From contig CBDBLO010000002.1 of the NCBI GenBank assembly GCA_965207075.1, positions 800,001 to 864,000 on the forward strand: DNA of 64,000 nucleotides. The letters are read 5' to 3'. This DNA comes from Nitrosopumilus sp. (GTDB lineage: Archaea; Thermoproteota; Nitrososphaeria; Nitrososphaerales; Nitrosopumilaceae). A program made the translations under genes and the position numbers. This document shows positions 37,791-47,679 of the stretch, in pieces (the stretch's first letter is position 1; each line of letters starts with the position of its first letter). The notes below the pieces were generated by a model. The model ran no database searches. It was not told the origin of the DNA and saw nothing but the letters and a program-made list of their open reading frames with translations.

Positions 37791-38048
37791 CTAAGGACAG
37801 CCTTCCATCTTTTGGATATAGTATCCCTTTTCCTCGATGGATCTTTCGACCGGTTCTGGCGCATGCTGGGAATGGCAGAACTTGCACTCGTTGGTGGTCA
37901 TTGTGGCACCGCCCTCACCGATGGATTCTAGCCACTCCTTGCCATACTCGATGGCCTTGTCGTGGTCCTTTTCGCCCGTAATCACGTCAAAGTGCATGGT
38001 ATGCCCGTCTGCAGCAGCGACGTAGGTGTCGTATACGTGGATTTCCAT
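37791..38048 (-). CDS. DUF2024-family protein
   Basis: HVYDTYV..DG..MHFDV...ECKFCH. Confidence 0.8.
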   Translation of the reverse strand: MEIHVYDTYVAAADGHTMHFDVITGEKDHDKAIEYGKEWLESIGEGGATMTTNECKFCHSQHAPEPVERSIEEKGYYIQKMEGCP

Positions 38049-38106
38049 GAGCCAACTCTGATCCAGTCCTATTTAATTCACGATATCCGTATATGGTCGT
38101 GGAATG

Positions 38107-38571
38107 CTATCGTGCGCCCTTCTGTTCTTCCGCCCCGGCCTCCGACGCCCCTGCCGCCGCTACTATCACTGCAACGGCCTCGGTTCCGCCCCCGCCCCCC
38201 TCCGGCGTCACGTGCGCCCTGAACTCCTTGGTCTGTCCCGAATATATCACCCACACCACGGGATTTGTGCGCATGAACCGCATGTCCGTATCTGAGGGGG
38301 CCGCGCCTGATGCGGGATGCGAGTGGAATATGCCGATGACCTCGAGGCCGCGCTTTTCCGCGGCCCTGTATGCGCCAAGCAGCTGGTCCGGCGCCATGCT
38401 AAAGAATTGCTCCGGCCTGGGATCCACGTTGTCTGCAAAGAATACGTCCCTTACCGCGCCCTTTGCGCCCAGCAGCAGGGCGCAGGACTCGAGCGCGCCG
38501 GCTCTTTCTGCATGTTCTGCCAGTTCTGTCATGTGCTTCCTGGATATTGAGATCTCTCTACTTGGCCGCAT
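38107..38571 (-). CDS. JAB/MPN (Mov34) metalloprotease
   Basis: ESCALL...IFHSHP...PSDTD. Confidence 0.9.
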   Translation of the reverse strand: MRPSREISISRKHMTELAEHAERAGALESCALLLGAKGAVRDVFFADNVDPRPEQFFSMAPDQLLGAYRAAEKRGLEVIGIFHSHPASGAAPSDTDMRFMRTNPVVWVIYSGQTKEFRAHVTPEGGGGGTEAVAVIVAAAGASEAGAEEQKGAR

Positions 38572-38696
38572 ACGTGGTGTCTGTGGCGGTCATGAATATA
38601 TCATGATGCTCGTCCGGTTGATTGCGTGCGTGCATACGTGCATGCATGATGCATGTGTGTGTCACTGGTGTCCGCGCGCCCCCGCGCGCATGGCAC

Positions 38697-39506
38697 TCAC
38701 TCCGCGGCCTCTTCCACCACGATTGTGGAGACCATCCACGGATGTACGATGCACCAATACTCAAACTCGCCCACACCTATCTCCGCGGTCTCTACAATGA
38801 ACGTCTCGCCCTCTGCCATCAGGCCCGAGTTGAACGTCTCGCCCTGGTCCACGGTGGTGGTCACTGTATGCGCCACTATGTCGTCGTTGGTCCACACTAT
38901 GCTGTTGCCGAGCGGTACGTTTGCAACGTCGGGGTCATAATCGGGATTGTCCGGGTTGTCCGAGCCTGCCAGTATGGCAATCTCATACACGGGGCCCTGC
39001 GGGCCTGCCGCCACCTCTTCCTCCTCTGGGACCTCTACCACCTCCTGCGGTATGATGTACGTGTCGGGGCTTACAAATCCAAACGAGATCCACATTATGA
39101 TGCCGGTCGCGCCAGCTATCGCCACTATGGAGCCGACCGGCTTTAGGTACACCGGATGCTTCATTGCCAGGTATGATATTATGATTGCCGGAAACGCGAT
39201 TGCCATGAGTATTCCTGCTATGGTGATGGTGTAGTTTGACGTGTTCATGGTCATCGCATACATTCCAAAGCCCAGTGATATCGAGAGTATGACCAGCGCA
39301 GTGGCCTTTGCCCTGTTGCTTGTGGATACGCCTCCGTCAAGTATCCCGGTCGCCAGGAAGATCAGTCCCACGAACATGGTAAGTCCCGTCAGGGCGTGCA
39401 TGCCGTCTATGAACGTGTGGGCGATCTCCGCGTACGAGATGACGAGGCCCGCCAGTCCTATGGATGTAAGTCCCATGCCGGGCATCATGAGATCCCAGTT
39501 GCTCAT
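38697..39506 (-). CDS. Multi-TM membrane protein with C-terminal cupredoxin domain
   Basis: ~5 TM helices then WTNDDIVAHTVT..FNSGL..YWCIVHPWM. Confidence 0.88.
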   Translation of the reverse strand: MSNWDLMMPGMGLTSIGLAGLVISYAEIAHTFIDGMHALTGLTMFVGLIFLATGILDGGVSTSNRAKATALVILSISLGFGMYAMTMNTSNYTITIAGILMAIAFPAIIISYLAMKHPVYLKPVGSIVAIAGATGIIMWISFGFVSPDTYIIPQEVVEVPEEEEVAAGPQGPVYEIAILAGSDNPDNPDYDPDVANVPLGNSIVWTNDDIVAHTVTTTVDQGETFNSGLMAEGETFIVETAEIGVGEFEYWCIVHPWMVSTIVVEEAAE

Positions 39507-39697
39507 TTGCTGTTGCTCCAGAATCTAGTTAAATAACCGTTTACACCCCGCCGTTGTCCGGGGCGTGTCGCGACATTCCTCCCCTCCACCCGCACTTCTC
39601 CGTTCGTTGTACCCCCTCCCCCTTCTCCATCGCCGCCGCCGCCGCCGCCGCCATTATTTTAAAAGGGATTAAATGGCATTGCAAGGTGACACATCCA

Positions 39698-40588
39698 ATG
39701 GCGTTGCTGGCAGACATAGTTGAGGTGTCAAAGCCCAGGATCGTGGTGCTGCTGGTTATCACCGCCGTCGCGTCCATGTACGGGGCAAGCAGGCTGGTCG
39801 AGGGAGCCCCGGACGTCGGATACGCGCAGTACCTGCATATCATAATAGCGGGAGCCATGGCCTCGGCCGGCTCTAGCGCACTGAACCACTACTATGACCG
39901 CGATATAGACTCGATGATGGGGCGCACAAGCAAGAGGCCCATCCCTGCGGGGCGCCTCTCGCCGCGCACCGTCTTTGCGTACGGGCTGGCCACGAGCTGC
40001 GCCTCGGTCGTGTATGGGTACGTCGCGCTCAACCCCGCGTCTGCAGCGTTCATCGCGCTGGGAATATTCTCCTATGTCATAATATACACGGCCTGGCTGA
40101 AGCGGCTCAACACGTCAAATATCGTGATAGGCGGCATAGCCGGAAGCGCGGCTGCGTGGGCCGGCTGGGCCGGGGCCACCGGAGGCATGGACCTGCTGGG
40201 ATTCCTGGTGGGGTTCCTGGTGTTTGTCTGGACGCCGTCGCATTTCTGGTGCCTTGCAATGAAGATCCGCGACGAGTACGCGCAGGCAAACGTGCCGATG
40301 CTGCCCGTTGTAATAGGCATGCAAAAGACCTCCCGGTACATACTTGTCAACACCATCATACTGGTGCCGTACTCGCTTGCCCTCTCCTTTATTCCCGCCG
40401 GGATGGGGGCCGTATACCTTGCAATCGCGGCGGTCTCGGGGGGGCTGATGCTCGCGTATCACTACAAGCTTACAAAGAACCCGACGTCGGAGTTTGCGTG
40501 GAAGGCGTACAAGGTGACGGCCCCGTACCTGACTATAATATTCGCGGCAGTCGTGCTGGACGCCGCGTTTCACGTGCCGCTGTTCTGA
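39698..40588 (+). CDS. ctaB: Protoheme IX farnesyltransferase (heme o synthase)
   Basis: KPRIV, NHYYDRDID.MM.RT..RPIP, YT.WLKR, WTPSHFW. Confidence 0.95.
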   Translation: MALLADIVEVSKPRIVVLLVITAVASMYGASRLVEGAPDVGYAQYLHIIIAGAMASAGSSALNHYYDRDIDSMMGRTSKRPIPAGRLSPRTVFAYGLATSCASVVYGYVALNPASAAFIALGIFSYVIIYTAWLKRLNTSNIVIGGIAGSAAAWAGWAGATGGMDLLGFLVGFLVFVWTPSHFWCLAMKIRDEYAQANVPMLPVVIGMQKTSRYILVNTIILVPYSLALSFIPAGMGAVYLAIAAVSGGLMLAYHYKLTKNPTSEFAWKAYKVTAPYLTIIFAAVVLDAAFHVPLF

Positions 40589-40622
40589 CAGTGCGCGGCC
40601 GCGGGCCGGCTGGCGCGCGGCG

Positions 40623-41012
40623 TCACTTTTCGAGCCCCGGAAAGCTGGCCTCGTACGACTTGTCCGCGTCGCTGTCGCCGCCCCCGTTGCCGCCTGATGC
40701 CGAGGAGCCCCTGGAGGATCCCGACTTGGATCGGGCGCCCCCACTGGCGCCGTCCTCGGACCCGCCGCCCTGCGCGTCGCCGTACCCTGTGGAGTCCTCC
40801 TCCTCCTCGGCCGCCTCTATGCGGCGCTCGTCCTTTGTCACCCACGCGATCTTTACCAGCCCGAGTATCTCCAAGTCGAGCAGCAGCTTGTTGAACCTGT
40901 CCTCTGGTATGATCCTGCCCTCCTTTGTCATGCTCTTGTAGAGATCGACGTCGGTAAGCGCGCCCGCGCCCCTTACCTTCTCGAGCAGTTCATTCTTTAT
41001 CAGTGAGACCAT
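40623..41012 (-). CDS. Hypothetical (winged-helix-like) protein
   Basis: LTDVDL...FNKLLLDLEILGLVKIAW; directly downstream of cdc48. Confidence 0.75.
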   Translation of the reverse strand: MVSLIKNELLEKVRGAGALTDVDLYKSMTKEGRIIPEDRFNKLLLDLEILGLVKIAWVTKDERRIEAAEEEEDSTGYGDAQGGGSEDGASGGARSKSGSSRGSSASGGNGGGDSDADKSYEASFPGLEK

Positions 41013-41020
41013 TGCAATCG

Positions 41021-43303
41021 CTATCCGTAGAACGTGTTGTTGTCACCTGCCGCTGGCGTAACGACGTTAGATATACCTTCCCTGACGGAGCCGTACCACC
41101 TCTCCATCTCCTCCGTGATGGAGGGGCCCGTCTGCTTGAGGGCGGCCTCAAAGTCGCTGCCCGATACGGTTTCCGAGCCGGACTTTATGGCGGACACTGC
41201 GGCCTCCCTGCAGAGCGCCGCCAGATCGGCGCCCGTATAGTTCTGGGTGGTGGCCGCAATCTCGTCCGTGTGCACGTCGCCGGCAAGGGGCATTCTGGAC
41301 GTCAGTATCTCTATTATCTTGCGGCGCCCCGCCTCGTCGGGAGGGGCCGCGTACAGTGACAGGTCGAGCCGGCCCGTCCTCAGGAGCGACCTGTCAAGCA
41401 TGTCGGGCCTGTTTGTTATTCCCATTACGACAACCCTCGGGGAGGCCCCCTCTATCTCCGTGAGGAGCTGGCTCAGCACCGTCTCGCCCGCGCCGGATGC
41501 GGGCTGGTCACTGCCGCCGTGGCCGCCCCCTGCCCCCGCGCCCCCGGCCGGGGATCTGTGCCGCGCAATCGAGTCGAGCTCGTCAAATATTATGACGCAC
41601 GGGGCCGACGACTTTGCCTTGCGGAATATCTCGCGGACGGCCTTTTCGGACTCGCCGACCCACTTTGAGAGTATCTCTGGGCCCCTCACCAGTATCATGT
41701 TTGCCCCCGTCTCGGCGGCGAGCGCCATGCCGAGCATCGTCTTGCCGCACCCTGGGGGCCCGTACACCAGGGCGCCCCTGGGGGCCCTGACGCCCATCTT
41801 TGTAAACCTGTCCGGATCCATCACGGCCGTCACCAGGTTGTCTGCAAGCGACTCCTTGACGTCGTCAAGCCCGCCGATGTCGCCCCACCTGATTGTGGGC
41901 CTTTCAACATAAAACTCCCTCATCGCGGTGGGCACGACCTCCTGCATCGCGTCATAAAAGTCGGCAAGCGTGACCTGCATGGAGCGCAGCACGTCGGTTG
42001 GGACCACCCCCTCCTTCTCCTTTCCCCCCTCCGACCCGGGGTCCGCCATGCCGGGCAGGTACCTCCTGATGGCCTTCATTGCGGCCTCCCTGCACAGCGA
42101 CTTTATGTCGGCCCCCGTATATCCGTGCAGCTGGGGCGCCAGCTTCTTGACGTCCAGGTCCGGCGCCATGGGCATGCCCCTTGTGTGTATGAGCAGTATC
42201 TCGTGCCGCCCGTCCTCGTTTGGGACGGATATCTCAAACTCCCTGTCAAACCTGCCGGGGCGCCTCAGGGCGGGGTCTACGCCGTCGGGCCTGTTGGTGG
42301 CGCCGAGCACCATCACGTTTCCCCTGTCGTTGAGCCCGTCCATCAGGGCCAGCAGCTGGGCCACTACGCGCTTCTCGACGTCCCCGCGTGACTCTTCACG
42401 CCTCGGGGCTATCGCGTCGATCTCGTCGATGAATATCATGCTCGGCGACGCGCCCTTTGCCTCCTCGAATATCTCCCTGAGCCTCGCCTCCGTGTCCCCG
42501 TAATACTTGGTGATGATCTCGGGGCCGTTTATCGTGAACATTTTTGCCCCCGACTCGCTTGCCAGCGCCTTTGCAAGCAGGGTCTTGCCGCATCCGGGCG
42601 GCCCGTACAGCAGTATGCCGCTGTGCGGCTCCACCCCCAGCATTGCGAATATCTCGGGGTGCCTGAGGGGAAGCTCGACTATCTCCCTCATGGATTTGAC
42701 CTCTTTTACCAGCCCTCCCACTCCGTCATATGTTACGTGCGTCCCCTCCCCGCTGTCGGGCTCTGCCGATACGGACACCTTGGTATCCTCTGATACCACG
42801 ACCGTTCCACGCGGCTGGGTGCCGGACACCCCGAACTCTCTGGGACTTCCGAGTATCATTACTGATATCTCGTCGCCGCCGACTACTGGAAGCCCCGTAA
42901 TCTTGCCCCTTACGAACTCGACAAAGTCGCTGTCCGTGCTGGTGATGCCGCCTCCGGCGCCGCTGCCACCGCCCCCGCCGCCGAGCGGCACGAGTGAGAC
43001 GGATCTTGCAGGCTGCGGCGCCGCCTTTGCTATGCGCACGGTCTCGCCTACTGCGGCCCCTGCATTCTTCCTTGTCTGGCCGTCTATCCTTACCACGTCT
43101 GCGCGCCTCTCGTCCTCGTCGGCAGGCCACGCGGCCGCGCAGCTCGTCCTTGAGCCTGTTATGGTTATGATGTCGCCGGGCTCCGCCCCTATGCTCTTCA
43201 TGGCGCTGGGATCCATCCTGGCGCGCCTCTTGCCTATGTCACGCTGCTTTGCCTCGCCGACGCGCAGCACCGAGTGCTGGCCGTCTTTGTCCTGGCGCGC
43301 CAA
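41021..43303 (-). CDS. cdc48: CDC48/VCP-family AAA+ ATPase
   Basis: N domain plus two AAA modules (GPPGCGKT x2; IFIDEID/IFDELD; DPALRRPGRFDRE). Confidence 0.95.
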   Translation of the reverse strand: MARQDKDGQHSVLRVGEAKQRDIGKRRARMDPSAMKSIGAEPGDIITITGSRTSCAAAWPADEDERRADVVRIDGQTRKNAGAAVGETVRIAKAAPQPARSVSLVPLGGGGGGSGAGGGITSTDSDFVEFVRGKITGLPVVGGDEISVMILGSPREFGVSGTQPRGTVVVSEDTKVSVSAEPDSGEGTHVTYDGVGGLVKEVKSMREIVELPLRHPEIFAMLGVEPHSGILLYGPPGCGKTLLAKALASESGAKMFTINGPEIITKYYGDTEARLREIFEEAKGASPSMIFIDEIDAIAPRREESRGDVEKRVVAQLLALMDGLNDRGNVMVLGATNRPDGVDPALRRPGRFDREFEISVPNEDGRHEILLIHTRGMPMAPDLDVKKLAPQLHGYTGADIKSLCREAAMKAIRRYLPGMADPGSEGGKEKEGVVPTDVLRSMQVTLADFYDAMQEVVPTAMREFYVERPTIRWGDIGGLDDVKESLADNLVTAVMDPDRFTKMGVRAPRGALVYGPPGCGKTMLGMALAAETGANMILVRGPEILSKWVGESEKAVREIFRKAKSSAPCVIIFDELDSIARHRSPAGGAGAGGGHGGSDQPASGAGETVLSQLLTEIEGASPRVVVMGITNRPDMLDRSLLRTGRLDLSLYAAPPDEAGRRKIIEILTSRMPLAGDVHTDEIAATTQNYTGADLAALCREAAVSAIKSGSETVSGSDFEAALKQTGPSITEEMERWYGSVREGISNVVTPAAGDNNTFYG

Positions 43304-43319
43304 GCGGACCCACCATCCG

Positions 43320-43601
43320 TCACTTGACGTCCACTGACATCCTGCTCATGTTGAGGACTTCGAACTCGCTGACGCCCTTTGCGCCCCTGACTGACTCCTC
43401 AAGCGAGTCCATCTGCCCCTCCTTGTCGTCTAGGACGAATTCTGCCTTTAGAAAGTGCAGTCCGAACGCAAGCGGCTCCTTTTCGTACCTCCTCAGGGTT
43501 ATTCCCTCCTTTAGCGCGGACTGGATGGATCGGGCCGTCTCGTCGAGATCCACATCCGTCCCTTCTGGAAGTATCTTTGTGATTAGTAATAGCTGTGCCA
43601 T
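43320..43601 (-). CDS. ef1b: Translation elongation factor 1-beta
   Basis: KILPEG..D, EPLAFGL. Confidence 0.92.
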   Translation of the reverse strand: MAQLLLITKILPEGTDVDLDETARSIQSALKEGITLRRYEKEPLAFGLHFLKAEFVLDDKEGQMDSLEESVRGAKGVSEFEVLNMSRMSVDVK

Positions 43602-43626
43602 GCGCCGTCGCTGCTCCTTTCCCCGG

Positions 43627-43824
43627 TCATGGCCCCTCAAAGCCGCACTCGGAACACTTGTAGCTTCTTGCAGCCTCCCTGCAGCTCTGGCACCTCCATA
43701 TCAGAGTGGCGCCGCAGCTGGGGCAGTTGAACTTTACACACTTGTCGTTTGGCATTATGTGCCTGAGACAGCAGCTGCACTCTGGCAGCGATATCGTGGA
43801 CGAGGACAATGGCGCGATTCCCAA
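43627..43824 (-). CDS. Zn-ribbon protein (DUF1610)
   Basis: [29 protein letters not shown]; usual neighbour of ef1b. Confidence 0.9.
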   Translation of the reverse strand: MGIAPLSSSTISLPECSCCLRHIMPNDKCVKFNCPSCGATLIWRCQSCREAARSYKCSECGFEGP

Positions 43825-43945
43825 AAAACATCATTTATACCTTTATTATCGGATCTGATCAGGCTGGGGAGAGGGGGAAGGAAGGCTTGACACACGCAGG
43901 GCCGTTGTTACTGTCATTGACGTCTCCGTTGCCACCACCACTGTA

Positions 43946-45157
43946 CTACTGGCCCGGGATCAGCCTTCTGAGCTCCGCGCCCAGCATGCTTCCGGCCGCC
44001 CTTGCCGTTCCCGCAGCGCCAAGCAGCTTTATGATGCCTGAGACGTGAAAGTCAAAATCATCCTCCGCCGATACCTCTCTGAGCGCATCTGGCGAGACCC
44101 GCCTTATCACGTCGTTTATGGCCCCGTTGTCCGCCCTCTCAAGTATCCTTCTTGCAATCGACTGCCTCTCAAACTCGCCGCCAAACCGCCTGTACCATGC
44201 GACGCGGTACGAGTCGCCGAGCTCGTCCATGTCCTGCGTGCCGCCATCCCCGTTATCCAGATGCTTGGATATGGCGCGCCCCGCAAGGATGCCGCCCATG
44301 CCGCTTGAGAATATGCCGCCCGCAGTGGTCGGCTTTGCCTGTCCTGCCGCGTCCCCGACTGTTATGATACCGCTGCCGGCGTCGTGAAACCTCTTGATCG
44401 GGCCCTTTATCCAGATCGGGGCAAATATCTTCCTGATTATGCAGCATCCGCGGCCGTTGCCCCCGCCCCTGTCCGCAAGAAACGATTCGAGCGCTGCGGC
44501 CGCGTTGATCCCCCTTCCCGCCGCGCCGACGCGCCCCCTTCCGCGCCCGGACGGTATGACCCACGCAAAGAACCCGGGATACTTTAACCGATCCGGCAGC
44601 ACCTCCACCCTCCCGTCCTCTATCCAGTCGGCATACACCTCATACTGCGCAGACGGGATGATTCCGTCCCTGTCCCTCTGGGCAAGCGACGCGGCCCCCC
44701 GCGCGTCCACCATTATCCTGCAGTTTATGATATTGGCATCGGCGGCGCCTCCGGCCCCGCTGATCCTGACCCCCTCCCGCGTCCTCTCGTGCAGGCTCGT
44801 CCTGATCATTATGTCGGCCCCCGCCCTCTGGGCCTGGTGCGCCGCCTGCTTGTCAAGCTCCCTCCTGCTTACGCACAGCACGTTCTGCCTCTTGGCGTCG
44901 ATTGTAATGTGGGCGCCGTCCGGCGATGTGATGCGGGCCCTCTCGACGCGGTGCATTAACGTGCCCCCGAACGGTATCATTCCTAGCTCCTCGAGGCCCC
45001 TGCTGCTTACCAGCCCGCCGCAGTGCTCCGGCGTGCCTATCTCATAGTCCTCCTCCACCACCAGCACGGAGTGCCCGCCTGCCGCAATCTCCCTTGCGCA
45101 GAGCAGTCCGGATATGCTGCCTCCTGCAACCACCACGTCGTATGGGGTGTCGCGCAT
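43946..45157 (-). CDS. Geranylgeranyl reductase-family FAD oxidoreductase
   Basis: DVVVAGG, EIGTPEHCGG, FFAWVIP, VGDAAGQ.KP.TAGGI. Confidence 0.88.
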   Translation of the reverse strand: MRDTPYDVVVAGGSISGLLCAREIAAGGHSVLVVEEDYEIGTPEHCGGLVSSRGLEELGMIPFGGTLMHRVERARITSPDGAHITIDAKRQNVLCVSRRELDKQAAHQAQRAGADIMIRTSLHERTREGVRISGAGGAADANIINCRIMVDARGAASLAQRDRDGIIPSAQYEVYADWIEDGRVEVLPDRLKYPGFFAWVIPSGRGRGRVGAAGRGINAAAALESFLADRGGGNGRGCCIIRKIFAPIWIKGPIKRFHDAGSGIITVGDAAGQAKPTTAGGIFSSGMGGILAGRAISKHLDNGDGGTQDMDELGDSYRVAWYRRFGGEFERQSIARRILERADNGAINDVIRRVSPDALREVSAEDDFDFHVSGIIKLLGAAGTARAAGSMLGAELRRLIPGQ

Positions 45158-45441
45158 GGACGTGAGCCCGCATCCAATTATTTAACTGCTAGAACCGGTT
45201 CGGCGGCAGTTGCATGTCCGGGCTGGGCAGGAAGAGGGTTGGGGGCTGCGGGGATCATACACAAAATAGGCTTTGTATGGGACGCGCGCGTATAGCATAC
45301 GTGGCTGTCTGAACGCCTATACAGGGCATCAAGCAGCGCCTTGACGGCCCCGACGTCTCCTAGGGGACTTGGCGTGTCCGGCGTTCGGCCCCGCCTGCTG
45401 CGATTGCAAATGTTTTTGACGCTCCGCCTGTGTGTCACGTC

Positions 45442-45801
45442 ATGGGCGGCGAGATAAAGCAGGTGGTTGTAATGAGGACGGATCTCAAGATGGGCCGCGG
45501 CAAGATGGCCGCCCAGGCTGGGCACGCCTTTGTGATGGGCGCCGAGCGCGTAAGGCTGACGCACCCTGACTGGTACGCGGACTGGTGGGACGGCGGGCAG
45601 AAGAAGATCGTGTTAAAGGCCCCTGGACTTGAGAGTCTCCGCGGCCTGAAGATGGATGCAGTACGCGCCGGACTGCCGTACGCCGAGGTATCGGACGCCG
45701 GCCACACCCAGCTTGATCCCGGTACCGTCACCTGCATGTCGGTGGGCCCCGCGCCTGAGAGTGCCGTCGACAGAATAACCGGGGATCTCAAGCTGCTATG
45801 A
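45442..45801 (+). CDS. pth2: Peptidyl-tRNA hydrolase 2
   Basis: KQVVVMRTDLKMGRGKMAAQ.GHA, KKIVLK, DAGHTQ, GP. Confidence 0.95.
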   Translation: MGGEIKQVVVMRTDLKMGRGKMAAQAGHAFVMGAERVRLTHPDWYADWWDGGQKKIVLKAPGLESLRGLKMDAVRAGLPYAEVSDAGHTQLDPGTVTCMSVGPAPESAVDRITGDLKLL

Positions 45802-45948
45802 GCATTGTGTGGCCGGGTTCACACATGCCGCCGCCTGTCACTTGCCACGGCCGTGCCATACTTGCCTGTCTGCATCCGCGTCTTCCGGGCGCCCCGCCGG
45901 CCGTTCGTTCATAGAGAGAGATATTAACGGTGTCGCGATACTGCTGGC

Positions 45949-47679
45949 ATGAAGCAGCGCGCCAAAGGCCTCTTTGCAGTTGTGTTTCTTGGGGGGATAC
46001 TGATCACGTCGCTTGTGGTAATTGCCATACCTGGACTGGAGCCGACCGAGCGTGGCATGGATCCCCTCGTGCCGTCGGGCGCGGACTCTGACCGTGACTA
46101 TTCTGCAAACTATGACGAGGCCGATCGGGTTATGTACTGCGGCACGGGGCTGCCGCCGCTGTCGACTGCATACATCCGCGAGTTTGCAATCCCGACAGAA
46201 TGCACCAACCCGCTTGCCATTGCCGTGGACTATGACGGGAACCCGTGGTTTGCCGAGTCCAACACGGGCAGGGTGGCGACGTTTGACCTGGAGACCGAGA
46301 CGTTCACAGAGTATCCTAACCCCTCCTGGCCTGAGGGCGCAGTCTCCATGATGTGGGGAATGGACCACGCGCCCGACGGGATGGTCTGGTTTACTGACGA
46401 TGCGTCAGACTCGATGTGGGTGTTCCACCCGATAACCGGGCAGTACGGCCGGATCCCCGTGCCCGCAGTGGTGTCGGATCCGCTGCCGCAGCGGCTGGTC
46501 GTGGACGGCTCCCAGATTGTGGTGAACGACTTTTACGGGAACATGCTCGTGTTCTTGGATCCCAGCCAGCCTGACAAGTTCTTGGTGGCGCCGTCACCGA
46601 TAGACGGGACGGTTACGGCCGGCTTTGTCCCGGACGCGAACGGGTATATCTGGTATACCGCGTGGGACGGGAGGCCGGGGGGAGACGGCTATCTGGTCAG
46701 GTTTGATCACGGCAGGTACGTGGACGTCGCTGCGACGACGGGGCAGGCGTACCTGCCGCCAATCGACTTTGTGGATCTGATCGAGCTTCCCCCGACCGTC
46801 CAGACCCCCAACGGGATTGCGATATCCGGCGACGGCGGCATATGGCTTGCAGACACCACGTCGTCGTCCGTGTTTGAGTTTGATCCTTCAATGGGGCTCT
46901 TCACGCAGTATGTGACCGCATCGCCAACAGAGTCGACGTACGGAAACAAGACAGGGGTGATAAAATCCCCCCTGTCGCGCCCGTACTGGATGACCTCGGA
47001 TGATGCGGGACGCTTGGTGTTCAACTCACAGCTGTCAAACAACATCTCGGTCTTGGATCCCGTACAGCAGAAGATTGTAGAGTACCACGTGCCGTCAAAG
47101 AATCCGTACTGGACCGACTGCGTGGGGGCGCCCGGCGATGGGGGTGACGCCGGGGCCGCCATAACCCCCCAGTCCGGGGCAAACCCGGACGCGGCAGGTG
47201 GTATGGCGCCTGAGAGGTGCGGCGTTGCACAAGTCTTTGACTTTGACGTGCACGGGGACAGGATATGGTTTACAGAGTGGGCCGAGAACAAGATAGGGGT
47301 GGTGGACACCTCGGTTCCGGTGCCCTTTGACGTGGAACCGTCGACGCCCTACGTCTCTGCCACCCTGGGCGGAATCGCAAGCGTGACGTTTGACGTTACG
47401 GGCCCCTCCACAGGCAGTGGCGACCCGTCCGCGCAGATCGAGCCGTTTGCGGTGTCCGGCAGCCCGCATGTTCTTGTCACCATGCTGGCGGATGCGGGGG
47501 CGCAAGACGACATCATAGGCTACGGGGGCGACGACCAGGCATACGCCGCGAAGCTGTCGGACATTCCGGTCGTGATCGCCGTCACCGGTGACGCGCCAAG
47601 CGGGATATACAAGGTTCTCTTGGGCGCCCAGGCGCCCGACGTATCGGTGGGTAGGTTCGTCACAGTGATTGTACAGTGA
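45949..47679 (+). CDS. Membrane-anchored Vgb-lyase-like beta-propeller protein
   Basis: N-terminal TM; repeated P..IAVD.DG..WF.E blades. Confidence 0.8.
   Translation: MKQRAKGLFAVVFLGGILITSLVVIAIPGLEPTERGMDPLVPSGADSDRDYSANYDEADRVMYCGTGLPPLSTAYIREFAIPTECTNPLAIAVDYDGNPWFAESNTGRVATFDLETETFTEYPNPSWPEGAVSMMWGMDHAPDGMVWFTDDASDSMWVFHPITGQYGRIPVPAVVSDPLPQRLVVDGSQIVVNDFYGNMLVFLDPSQPDKFLVAPSPIDGTVTAGFVPDANGYIWYTAWDGRPGGDGYLVRFDHGRYVDVAATTGQAYLPPIDFVDLIELPPTVQTPNGIAISGDGGIWLADTTSSSVFEFDPSMGLFTQYVTASPTESTYGNKTGVIKSPLSRPYWMTSDDAGRLVFNSQLSNNISVLDPVQQKIVEYHVPSKNPYWTDCVGAPGDGGDAGAAITPQSGANPDAAGGMAPERCGVAQVFDFDVHGDRIWFTEWAENKIGVVDTSVPVPFDVEPSTPYVSATLGGIASVTFDVTGPSTGSGDPSAQIEPFAVSGSPHVLVTMLADAGAQDDIIGYGGDDQAYAAKLSDIPVVIAVTGDAPSGIYKVLLGAQAPDVSVGRFVTVIVQ

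Noticed and set aside
38615-38665. Alternating purine-pyrimidine tract (gcgtgcgtgcatacgtgcatgcat...)
   Set aside because: Short, and consistent with the general simple-repeat drift of intergenic DNA here; no evidence of function.
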